Source: a virus
Taxonomy: Duplodnaviria; Caudoviricetes
Virus record (IMG/VR): IMGVR_UViG_3300020045_001964
Coordinates: 1 to 53,427 of that record
Direction: 5' to 3' (one strand)
DNA length: 53,427 bases
The notes under the pieces are model-generated. The model searched no databases and was not told the origin of the DNA. It saw nothing but the letters and a program-made list of their open reading frames with translations. A program made the translations under genes and the position numbers. Below are positions 28,695 to 36,566 of the stretch, piece by piece (position 1 is the stretch's first letter; the number at the start of each line of letters is the position of its first letter).

Positions 28695-28919
28695 ATGTTT
28701 TACACACTACGCGAAAAAATTGCTTATAGTAAATTTGGTAAAATTGTCGCTACAGTTTTACGCAATAAAAAATATAAAATAGTCGTGTGCATTGGGTTCA
28801 ACAAGCCATTGCCGATTTTGATATGTCAAGATTATCAAAATAATCAAAGACCCTTCGGGGTCTTTTTTTTGTTACAAATAGTTACAACTAAATTTAAGTT
28901 TTATATTGTAGTTCGTTAA
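28695..28919 (+). CDS. Hypothetical protein, possibly frameshifted
   Basis: Good AAGGA RBS, but the frame runs through a terminator and the next promoter. Confidence 0.4.
   Translation: MFYTLREKIAYSKFGKIVATVLRNKKYKIVVCIGFNKPLPILICQDYQNNQRPFGVFFLLQIVTTKFKFYIVVR
28846..28870 (+). terminator. Intrinsic terminator with UUCG loop
   Basis: AAAGACCC-TTCG-GGGTCTTTTTTTT. Confidence 0.9.
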
Positions 28920-28933
28920 AAGTAGGCTATAAT
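28871..28933 (+). promoter_or_regulatory. Early promoter with GTTACA-N4-GTTACA box
   Basis: Box 28871-28886; TTGTAG-N16-TATAAT. Confidence 0.7.
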
Positions 28934-28959
28934 TGCTACATACCAACTAAGGAACTAAA

Positions 28960-29127
28960 ATGCACACCACCGAACAAACAGCAAAACTTAACGAAAAGCT
29001 TGCTGAAATCAAAGCCAAGTATGTGACTATGCAAGATCACATGGAATTGCGCAAAATTGTTGGTGCTAAACCTTTTGAATCAATCGATCGTGTAATGCGT
29101 CGTTATGCCGTCCGACTTGTTGGCTGA
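28960..29127 (+). CDS. Hypothetical 55-aa protein (MHTTEQTAK...), not in ORF track
   Basis: TAAGGA RBS after promoter. Confidence 0.65.
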   Translation: MHTTEQTAKLNEKLAEIKAKYVTMQDHMELRKIVGAKPFESIDRVMRRYAVRLVG

Positions 29128-29374
29128 AATAAATTCTCTGTGGGCAATAGCAAATGCCCGCCGTGATGCCCAAGAGTCACCCAGGCGGCATATCGCTCTA
29201 GCCTATAGCATGATGCCCGGTGACTCTGAAATAAGCGCAAGGGCTTGGCTAGATGAAGCCGAATCCGATAGGCTGCACGCTCTCACGTTAAGCCTACCAA
29301 GCCCAGATGATGAAGCAATTGCAGCACACCAAAGAATTTTAGCTAAAATTAAGTTACGAAAAGTTACACTTTAA
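29105..29374 (+). CDS. Hypothetical protein
   Basis: ORF fills the gap; GC-richer than flanks. Confidence 0.5.
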   Translation: MPSDLLAEINSLWAIANARRDAQESPRRHIALAYSMMPGDSEISARAWLDEAESDRLHALTLSLPSPDDEAIAAHQRILAKIKLRKVTL

Positions 29375-29416
29375 TTTTTAACTATTGCTTGCAAACTATA
29401 AAAACATAGTTATAAT
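29353..29416 (+). promoter_or_regulatory. Early promoter with GTTACG-N4-GTTACA box
   Basis: Box 29353-29368; TTGCAA-N16-TATAAT. Confidence 0.7.
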
Positions 29417-29450
29417 TACTACATCGCAACAAATTAACTGAAAGTTAAAA

Positions 29451-29681
29451 ATGTTCACAGCCTTCAAATTTCCCTTCCAAGTAGTGTTGTTTGGTAATTC
29501 CGACTTAGGTTCTACACAAACAACCCTGGCGTCTGCGATGACTCACGAAGGCTGCCTGTCCAAATTTATGCAGTTCATTGTTTCGCAACCTTTGCATCAC
29601 TTTGGTATCACTAACGAATCCACAATCAAAATGTGGAATGTTGATGATGGTTTTATGTATGACTTGCCAATGATTTGTTAA
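29451..29681 (+). CDS. Hypothetical early protein
   Basis: Own promoter and terminator. Confidence 0.65.
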   Translation: MFTAFKFPFQVVLFGNSDLGSTQTTLASAMTHEGCLSKFMQFIVSQPLHHFGITNESTIKMWNVDDGFMYDLPMIC

Positions 29682-29697
29682 TTTTTAACCATAACCC

Positions 29698-29731
29698 AAA
29701 ACCCCTAACGTGTAATAACTTAGGGGTTTTT
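29698..29731 (+). terminator. Intrinsic terminator
   Basis: AAAACCCCTAA...TTAGGGGTTTTT. Confidence 0.8.
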
Positions 29732-29734
29732 GTT

Positions 29735-30150
29735 GTCTGTTAATATGTTGCATGTTGGATGTTAATGTTTAATATGTAATGCTTAATGTTTAATAGTGTA
29801 ATGCAGCAATAAAAGATATTTACCCACATATAAAGACCCCATATACGTCGTAAGTGCTTGATTTATATGATGTTTTTGGCACAAATATAAAATATAAAAA
29901 TATAAAAAAGAACTCCCCGTTAACCCTTTAATACCGTGTAATATTTCATGACATATTAAAGGCTATTACTGTAACGTACACGTCATTAAGCATTACATAG
30001 GGTACAGTATTATTATTATTATATATTATATATATTTATTATTAGTATTAGAAGCAACATCCATTAAGATCGTGTAATAGTAATGTTTAATATCGGTTGC
30101 TTGTTAATAGAAACTACAGAAAAAACCACTGAGCTTTCACAGTGGTAGAA
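29735..30150. other. AT-rich non-coding region; candidate replication origin or packaging-initiation region
   Basis: Largest ORF-free gap; TAATGTTTAATA x3; IHF-consensus site; near-pure AT tract at about 30008-30050. Confidence 0.5.
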
Positions 30151-30168
30151 ATACAACATAAAATTCTC

Positions 30169-30197
30169 TTGACAGTGCGTGTAATTTGGCCTAAGAT
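30169..30197 (+). promoter_or_regulatory. sigma70 promoter
   Basis: TTGACA-N17-TAAGAT. Confidence 0.65.
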
Positions 30198-30223
30198 CAA
30201 GGCTTATTAATTAAGGGGCTGTA

Positions 30224-30682
30224 ATGTCAGAATACAAATTCTTTGATCCGTCTGAAGTTGCCGCTAATGGCAATGAACACCACTTCAAACAAAAATACGA
30301 TTTTCCGTTTGCTGAAGTACCTGTGGGCAAGTCGTTTGAAATAGCGCCAGATAAAGTACCAAACTCTAACGTATTGCGAGTTTTGGCTAGTCGCTATGGT
30401 AAGAAATTAAAACGAACGTTTAGAGTTGTAGACCATAAAGAATTAGGTTATGAGGTTTATTGTGTAAAGGAAAACACAACTGTAGAAGCCGCTATTGATA
30501 AGCCAGTAGAAGCGCCTAAATTTGAAGTGCCCGACTATGTAGATAATCCTGCACTATCTAATGAAGAAAATATGCGACGTTCTGCCAGTCGGTTTTTAGT
30601 TGCACCTGCACAAACTAAATACGTTGATCCTGAAGACGTTAGTGGATCGACCTGGGTACCACCTAAGCATAATGGATGGTGA
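30224..30682 (+). CDS. Hypothetical protein, PF..L.VG.SF family (putative DNA-binding)
   Basis: YDFPFAEVPVGKSFEI motif shared with two other ORFs. Confidence 0.7.
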   Translation: MSEYKFFDPSEVAANGNEHHFKQKYDFPFAEVPVGKSFEIAPDKVPNSNVLRVLASRYGKKLKRTFRVVDHKELGYEVYCVKENTTVEAAIDKPVEAPKFEVPDYVDNPALSNEENMRRSASRFLVAPAQTKYVDPEDVSGSTWVPPKHNGW

Positions 30683-30683
30683 A

Positions 30684-30977
30684 ATGACTAAATACGATAT
30701 TAATTACCGGTTCGGATTGTGCAGTGATAAGGCACGGTCGTTTATTGTGGGTACTAAAGAAACACCTAATCCATTAGGTAGCAAAGCCCGCATACTACCA
30801 TTTGGAAATTTAGGTGTAGGTGAAAGCCTATTTTTCCATGTTGATGAAATGATTTATGGAAAGATTATGCGGGCCAGGGAAGCAATGAATAGACTTAATA
30901 GTTACTACGATAATAGGTTCGTTTTAGTTAAACATGACGAACCAATTAAAATGGTTGAAATTGTGAGGATTAAATAA
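30684..30977 (+). CDS. Hypothetical protein, PF..L.VG.SF family
   Basis: LPFGNLGVGESLFF; ATG follows the upstream stop after 1 nt. Confidence 0.65.
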   Translation: MTKYDINYRFGLCSDKARSFIVGTKETPNPLGSKARILPFGNLGVGESLFFHVDEMIYGKIMRAREAMNRLNSYYDNRFVLVKHDEPIKMVEIVRIK

Positions 30978-31234
30978 TGATTAAACCTAACATTAAAATA
31001 AATAATGGTTTTTATACCATTACAAATTACAGTACGTGTAATTTGGTTTTATTTATGAAGTGTTTAAAATGGTGCCTGGATCGGAACGCCAAAGTTTTGG
31101 ATTTTGAGGCGTTTTAAGCCTTAACCTAGGCCGGCATACCAACCCGGCATGAAAAGAGCGCCTAGGGGCCATTCAATAGCCATGCTGGGCGTTTTGTCGG
31201 GCTTGGATTGCCTTAGCCTTTTAATTTTGTAGCT

Positions 31235-31297
31235 GTTACACACTGTTACAATTTAATTATAGTTTAGGATTGACGTTTAGGTTTTATGATACAGAAT
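31235..31297 (+). promoter_or_regulatory. Early promoter with GTTACA-N4-GTTACA box
   Basis: Box 31235-31250; TTGACG at 31270. Confidence 0.65.
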
Positions 31298-31326
31298 TTA
31301 AGCATCACTAACAAAGGATAAATAAA

Positions 31327-31536
31327 ATGAAAACATTTCTACAGTCGGCAATTGATTGTTTTGAAATTAAACATTCACGTACCCTTGACGCATATATAAC
31401 TGATGATGAACAATCCGATATTTGTTTACAATTTTATGATGCATCTTGCGGTGAACGGTTTGGTAATGAAGTTACTAATGAATCTAGTGTCTATTTCCTA
31501 TTATTTATTGCAGCCGAAAGGGGTGAATTGCGATGA
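31327..31536 (+). CDS. Hypothetical protein
   Basis: AAGGA RBS. Confidence 0.65.
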   Translation: MKTFLQSAIDCFEIKHSRTLDAYITDDEQSDICLQFYDASCGERFGNEVTNESSVYFLLFIAAERGELR

Positions 31537-31739
31537 ATATTTCCGAACTGCTACTATATGACGCCAAATGGTGGTTAGAACCTAAAAAATCACATATGCT
31601 AAGTGAGGCCAATTTGATTAAGGTTTTAGCTATTCGGCGCACATACGGCATTGATGCACTATCCAAAGGTACAATAATTAAAGCTAACGCCGAAACCGAT
31701 TGTTTATTTAACTTATTAATACGTGAGGCTATTAAATGA
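31533..31739 (+). CDS. Hypothetical protein
   Basis: ATGA coupling. Confidence 0.6.
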   Translation: MNISELLLYDAKWWLEPKKSHMLSEANLIKVLAIRRTYGIDALSKGTIIKANAETDCLFNLLIREAIK

Positions 31740-32014
31740 TTAATTCACATAAACCCAAAGGCTTTCAGCGTGGACAAGTTATTGCCAGTTTTGCTAATGA
31801 ATTATTGGTTAACCTGGAAGGCTTTGAACCGGTTCCTGTGGGCATACAAGAATCTCATGACCGCTTAGACAAATTTCTAGTCGCATTACGTGAATTGAAT
31901 TATCAGTTTGCAATTACTGGTATGCAATATACAAAGAATCCAGATTATCGGCTAAAACTGGCAAATTTGAAGTCTGATTTTATTCGTGATTTGTATACTA
32001 TTATTGGTGAATAA
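31736..32014 (+). CDS. Hypothetical protein
   Basis: ATGA coupling. Confidence 0.6.
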   Translation: MINSHKPKGFQRGQVIASFANELLVNLEGFEPVPVGIQESHDRLDKFLVALRELNYQFAITGMQYTKNPDYRLKLANLKSDFIRDLYTIIGE

Positions 32015-32015
32015 T

Positions 32016-32231
32016 ATGGTAACTAATGTAGTCAGCCAGCAACAAAAGTTAACTATGGCAATGCGAATAGCTAAGGATTATGGCTACTATCTAGCAAGTG
32101 TCGGCACAGTAGATAAACCTAAATATTTACTGTATAAAGTTGACAAACCTAAATTTAAATTTGTTGGCAAACGCATAACAATTGATGGTATAGTTAGGCT
32201 TACTAAGTTAACTACTGGGTTTAGATTATGA
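32016..32231 (+). CDS. Hypothetical basic protein
   Basis: Coupled ATG (MVTNVV). Confidence 0.55.
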   Translation: MVTNVVSQQQKLTMAMRIAKDYGYYLASVGTVDKPKYLLYKVDKPKFKFVGKRITIDGIVRLTKLTTGFRL

Positions 32232-32455
32232 AACATTCAACCGACATAAAAATTCTAGGCGGTTTGCCTGTTACTGTAAAGTTTGAACATTTTACTGATA
32301 CCGGTGTTGGTGAATGGTGGATTACACATATAAATAATAAAAAGTGCAAAAAGCCACCAGAATGGTTGTATAATAGAATTAACGATGCTGAAGAAGACCG
32401 AATTATTGACAAGTGTAACGATTCTGTAACTTATTGGGATGATAATTATGACTAA
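32228..32455 (+). CDS. Hypothetical protein
   Basis: ATGA coupling. Confidence 0.6.
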   Translation: MKHSTDIKILGGLPVTVKFEHFTDTGVGEWWITHINNKKCKKPPEWLYNRINDAEEDRIIDKCNDSVTYWDDNYD

Positions 32456-32599
32456 TAGCGAATGGTTTTTAATTGGTGCTTTGTGTGCAATAGTTATTGT
32501 TTATTTTATTACCTGGGCATTGTGCAATGCTACGCAAATGGACGATGATGAACAATTCGACTATCATTCAAATTTTAGTGATATTAAAATAAAGGACAA

Positions 32600-32830
32600 A
32601 TGATGCTATTTAAAAATATAATGTCTAAAGGTGTGCATATTAACCATGATCGTCCAATCATCGGCAAACACCACAGCACTACACCAAAAGCTTATGTTGA
32701 TGGTCGCAACGGTGACTACTGGGAAACGTATCCGCAGATCACTCAAGATGGTGCAAAGTTACAAAAAGCTTTGCTAAAACTTAACAAACCGACCAAAGTT
32801 TATGTACAATATCATTTTATTTGGAAATAA
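32600..32830 (+). CDS. Hypothetical protein
   Basis: AAGGA RBS. Confidence 0.6.
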   Translation: MMLFKNIMSKGVHINHDRPIIGKHHSTTPKAYVDGRNGDYWETYPQITQDGAKLQKALLKLNKPTKVYVQYHFIWK

Positions 32831-32906
32831 ACCTAATGTCTAAACGCAAACCCGGCGAACTATACAAGCCTTCGCTGTTGAAATTAATTGCACAATCTGT
32901 TTATAG

Positions 32907-33098
32907 GTGGCTATAATGTTTAAACCATTTCACACTCGATTTAAAATTAAAATTGTCGAATACAAGGGTATGTATCCTATGTATGTAATTTTGATGCGTA
33001 AATGGTATTGGTTTACATACAAATTTAAATATAATACTTATTATGCTAGTGAAGTTGCAGCACGTTTAAAAATGGCTAGTCTTAATTTTGTAGGATAA
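32907..33098 (+). CDS. Hypothetical protein
   Basis: In operon orientation. Confidence 0.5.
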   Translation: MAIMFKPFHTRFKIKIVEYKGMYPMYVILMRKWYWFTYKFKYNTYYASEVAARLKMASLNFVG

Positions 33099-33100
33099 AT

Positions 33101-33343
33101 ATGTATGCTGAGTTGGATTCATTTATATTAAAAGCAATTAAACGATGTGGAACTATAACTGTTTGTTTCTTGTCAAATATTTTATATGAACACTCAGTAT
33201 TGATTGAATCTAAACGTTTGGCAAATTTAACATCCAGACAATCATTTAGAATTGTTGATGGTCGTTTGCAAGCATTACGTAAAAAGCGTATAATTAGCTT
33301 TAACTCTAAAGAAGGATGGATTATTAATGGCACAATTTACTGA
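33101..33343 (+). CDS. Hypothetical protein, possible winged helix
   Basis: R..D.RLQALRK...I.F....GW pattern. Confidence 0.55.
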   Translation: MYAELDSFILKAIKRCGTITVCFLSNILYEHSVLIESKRLANLTSRQSFRIVDGRLQALRKKRIISFNSKEGWIINGTIY

Positions 33344-33509
33344 TGTAGTAGGCACATATAGGATAGTGCTAGAAGTTGATATTGAAAAGGCGGCATCTAA
33401 AGATATTGTAAAGCTGGTTGAACAACGCGCATTTACCATTCAAGGTGTAAATGCAGTCCGACTTACCGAATCGTCTTATATACCTAAAGGGGTTATTAAA
33501 AATGAATAA
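33327..33509 (+). CDS. Hypothetical protein
   Basis: Operon packing. Confidence 0.55.
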   Translation: MAQFTDVVGTYRIVLEVDIEKAASKDIVKLVEQRAFTIQGVNAVRLTESSYIPKGVIKNE

Positions 33510-33678
33510 TACCGAATTGCGTGATAGTATTGCTAAAGAATTGTTTACAAAACCGGGAAGCCTTAGTGAACTTGACGCAAAAATGTCATTTGATGCCGCT
33601 GATATTTTCATGGAAGAAAAATTGCGCCGTGAAAATCGTCATTATTTAGGTAAATTTAATGACGAAGAAAAATCATAA
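33502..33678 (+). CDS. Hypothetical protein (LRD.IA...ADIFM family)
   Basis: Start MNNTELRD. Confidence 0.55.
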   Translation: MNNTELRDSIAKELFTKPGSLSELDAKMSFDAADIFMEEKLRRENRHYLGKFNDEEKS

Positions 33679-33973
33679 CCAAGATTTAATATTAAGTTTG
33701 TTACCGGATACTGCCGACAATTTGATAATTAAATCAAAGTTATCGAAAGCTGGTGTATATAGAATATTAGAAATATTGATTAGTACAAACTTAGCGCATA
33801 AGACAAGCAGTGTTGATAAAAATTGTAGACATTCAATATATAAACCAGGCGCGGGTTTTGAGAAAATCAGTAAATCTAAAATAAAAAATGTAGTTAAAAC
33901 GGGAATTTACCCAATAGCGATAAATAAGGTTAATATAAAAACATATCCGTTAATGATTATGTTTGGACTATAA
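33659..33973 (+). CDS. Hypothetical winged-HTH-like protein
   Basis: SKLSKAGVYRILEIL pattern. Confidence 0.55.
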   Translation: MTKKNHNQDLILSLLPDTADNLIIKSKLSKAGVYRILEILISTNLAHKTSSVDKNCRHSIYKPGAGFEKISKSKIKNVVKTGIYPIAINKVNIKTYPLMIMFGL

Positions 33974-34159
33974 ATGGACGAAGCTGATACATCTGATGTA
34001 AGAATTGAAATTGCGCAAGCGAATAGTTTGCGCAATGTTCAAATGAAATTGGCTAAATTTGTTGTCGGCGTTCCTGGTGAATGCGACAAGTGCGGCGAGT
34101 ACATGCCACGCCTAGTAAATGATTGGTGCTGCTTTTGTCGTGATAAATTTAAAGTTTGA
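33974..34159 (+). CDS. TraR/DksA-family C4 zinc-finger protein
   Basis: N-terminal MDEAD (DxxD tip); CDKCGE...R...CCFC. Confidence 0.75.
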   Translation: MDEADTSDVRIEIAQANSLRNVQMKLAKFVVGVPGECDKCGEYMPRLVNDWCCFCRDKFKV

Positions 34160-34162
34160 ATT

Positions 34163-34184
34163 GCCCCTTTGCTGGGGCTTTTTT
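34163..34184 (+). terminator. Intrinsic terminator
   Basis: GCCCC-TTTGCT-GGGGC-TTTTTT. Confidence 0.75.
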
Positions 34185-34218
34185 GTTGTATACTTTATAT
34201 TTCAAATAAGGACATAAA

Positions 34219-34704
34219 ATGACCCCATGGCAAATAGCAAAAGATTCTGAATCTAGTCACCAAATTGCATTATTTTGTTTTGCTGCTAAGGCGCAAAGAA
34301 TTGGATTTAAATTTGCTAAAAAAGAAGCTGCGTATAGCTTAGGATTAAGCACATTAAATGATTCAGATACCATACCAGAACTATCATTTTTGCATCACTG
34401 TCCGAATGGTGGCTCAAGAGGTGATAATGCAAAGTCACGTGCGATTGCTGGCGGCCTATTGAAAGCCGAAGGTGTTAAAGCTGGCGTGTTGGATATATTT
34501 TGGCCTTTGAGTAAAAGTGTTTATTGCGGCCTATATATCGAAATGAAAAAACCAAGCCTAAAGAATGCAAAAAATGAATATGCAGGCTGTAGCGATGCTC
34601 AATTGGAGTTTGGCAAATTTGTAACAGACCAAGGTTATTGCGCTAAAGTATGTTATACTTGGTTGGAAGCTGCTGAAACTCTCGAATGGTATTATAATTT
34701 ATGA
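34219..34704 (+). CDS. VRR-NUC domain nuclease
   Basis: HCPNGG.R...LK.EGV..GV.D, L.IEMK, S..Q..F. Confidence 0.85.
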   Translation: MTPWQIAKDSESSHQIALFCFAAKAQRIGFKFAKKEAAYSLGLSTLNDSDTIPELSFLHHCPNGGSRGDNAKSRAIAGGLLKAEGVKAGVLDIFWPLSKSVYCGLYIEMKKPSLKNAKNEYAGCSDAQLEFGKFVTDQGYCAKVCYTWLEAAETLEWYYNL

Positions 34705-35144
34705 AATTTGATGAACTAAATAAATGGGATAAGCGTTTTATATACCTTGCTACTATGGTAGGTGGATGGTCCAAAGAGCCTAGAAGCCGCGTAGGTGCTG
34801 TGATCGTGCGGCCTGATAAGTCGATAACCAGCTTAGGATTTAATGGTTTTCCGCGAGGTGTAGATGATTCTGATGAACGTTTAGCTAACCGTGAACTAAA
34901 AAATTCGATTGCTGTACATGCTGAAATGAATGCCATTCTTTCTGCTCATGGTAGCGTGCAAGGTTGCACAATTTATATAACGCCACTCCTACCGTGTTCC
35001 CATTGTGCAGGCTCTATAGTGCAAGCTGGCATAAAACGGGTTGTGGCTTACTGTGGGTATATGTCTGACGATTGGAAAGAATCCGCAAAAATAAGTGAAA
35101 TTATTTTTAAAGAAGCTGGTGTTGAATATATTTGCGTTGTATAA
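34701..35144 (+). CDS. dCMP deaminase
   Basis: G.NG.P.G, HAE.NA, PC..C zinc motifs. Confidence 0.92.
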   Translation: MKFDELNKWDKRFIYLATMVGGWSKEPRSRVGAVIVRPDKSITSLGFNGFPRGVDDSDERLANRELKNSIAVHAEMNAILSAHGSVQGCTIYITPLLPCSHCAGSIVQAGIKRVVAYCGYMSDDWKESAKISEIIFKEAGVEYICVV

Positions 35145-35188
35145 TTGCAGCGTCAACCGACACAAACCCAACAAAAGGAATTTTTATC

Positions 35189-35806
35189 ATGGCCGCATCT
35201 CCACGTAAGAACAAACCCGCTGCTACCGCACATGTAGAAGCTAGCGCACCTGAAATGACGCTAGAAATTGTGCGTCAAGCTACCGAAGCTGGAAATATCG
35301 TATATACTAGCGCCGAATTTCATAACCCGCTGATTGAATCGGGTGATGTTGAAATTAATTCTGGAATGATTGATGAACACGGCAATATTGCCACACGTGC
35401 TATTTTTAAAGAAACCCCTATGATTGAAACCACCGAAATCAATGTTACCGAAAAGCCTAAGTTTGAAATTGAATCCGACGTTGTGATTCCTGACCGTGTT
35501 CGCAAGGTGAGCGGCAATCGTGCTGGCCGTACGCCTGTGTACCCTTTTGATGCGCTTGAAGTTGGTCAAGCATTCCACGTTGCCGATAAGTCGGCAGACA
35601 AGCCCGCAGCTAAGGCAATGGCATCTACTGTTGCCGGTGCTAACGCACGTTACGCTGAAGTTGTTGAAGGTGAATTCCGCACTAACCGTAAGGGTGTGAG
35701 CGTGCCAGTTACTAAGCAACTGCGTCAGTTCAAAGTTTTTGAAGCTACTAAAACCATGCTTGACGGTTCTGTTGTTCCTGGGGCTTACATTAAGCGTATG
35801 CTGTAA
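35189..35806 (+). CDS. Putative abundant DNA-binding protein (YPF..LEVG..F family)
   Basis: AAGGAA RBS; GR...YPFDALEVGQAFHV; codon usage of highly expressed genes; own terminator. Confidence 0.7.
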   Translation: MAASPRKNKPAATAHVEASAPEMTLEIVRQATEAGNIVYTSAEFHNPLIESGDVEINSGMIDEHGNIATRAIFKETPMIETTEINVTEKPKFEIESDVVIPDRVRKVSGNRAGRTPVYPFDALEVGQAFHVADKSADKPAAKAMASTVAGANARYAEVVEGEFRTNRKGVSVPVTKQLRQFKVFEATKTMLDGSVVPGAYIKRML

Positions 35807-35851
35807 AAAGTTTATTTATAGTGCATTTATTGCACTGTCGAAATGAGCTTC

Positions 35852-35889
35852 AAAAGCCCCTAGATTAAGTTTTAGGGGCTTTTGTTTTG
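35852..35889 (+). terminator. Intrinsic terminator
   Basis: AAAAGCCCCTAG...TTAGGGGCTTTT. Confidence 0.8.
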
Positions 35890-35958
35890 CACGGTTACAA
35901 AGTCTGCGATATGATTAGTTCCCAGCGCCTGAAAAGGCCGAACTAAATTATTTTCAAA

Positions 35959-36294
35959 ATGCCTGAAAAAGATTCAAACTTTGGTAAGTTATACGATAGT
36001 ACAGGACACAGTGTGGTTAAATATTGGCCTATTATTAGCGCACTAGTAATTGCATCTGTATCGGTCGGCGGTATCTATGTAAAGCTAGACTATATTGCAA
36101 AAGCAATAGACCGTACGGATAACCAATTTCAAGTTATTAATAGTCGTCAAGATTTAACAACACAATCCGTAATTGAAATGCGCGGCCAAATTGGAACAAT
36201 TAATGAAATCAATTTGCGCAATGTACAAAATATTAACGATTTAAGCAGACGTGTCGATTCTATTCAGGACAAAGTTAGATGGGCTCCAAAATGA
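35959..36294 (+). CDS. Membrane-anchored coiled-coil protein of the lysis cassette
   Basis: One TM helix followed by coiled coil. Confidence 0.6.
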   Translation: MPEKDSNFGKLYDSTGHSVVKYWPIISALVIASVSVGGIYVKLDYIAKAIDRTDNQFQVINSRQDLTTQSVIEMRGQIGTINEINLRNVQNINDLSRRVDSIQDKVRWAPK

Positions 36295-36566
36295 TTAAAC
36301 TAACTTTAATTGATAGTGCCAAAAGTTTTTACAAAATGTGGTCCATTCGATTTACGGCAATGGGTACGGCACTGTTAGGTTATATTTCAATTTCACCTGA
36401 CATTATTTCTAGCGCCTGGAATAACTTACCCGCAGAAATTAAAGGTTATTTACCGCAAGAATATTTAATGTATGTGACCATAGGGTTATTTATTTTGGGT
36501 ATGTTTTCTCGTGTAATTAAGCAAGAGAAATTAACATCGAAGGGCGATGACAATGGCACGCTTTAA
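36291..36566 (+). CDS. Holin
   Basis: Two TM segments, WS.R and R.IKQ motifs; upstream of endolysin. Confidence 0.75.
   Translation: MIKLTLIDSAKSFYKMWSIRFTAMGTALLGYISISPDIISSAWNNLPAEIKGYLPQEYLMYVTIGLFILGMFSRVIKQEKLTSKGDDNGTL

Noticed and set aside
24282-29146. 17-bp duplicate TAAATTCTCTGTGGGCA (24282 and 29130) as att or transposition sites
   Set aside because: Nine of the 17 bases are the genome-wide motif; no recombinase present
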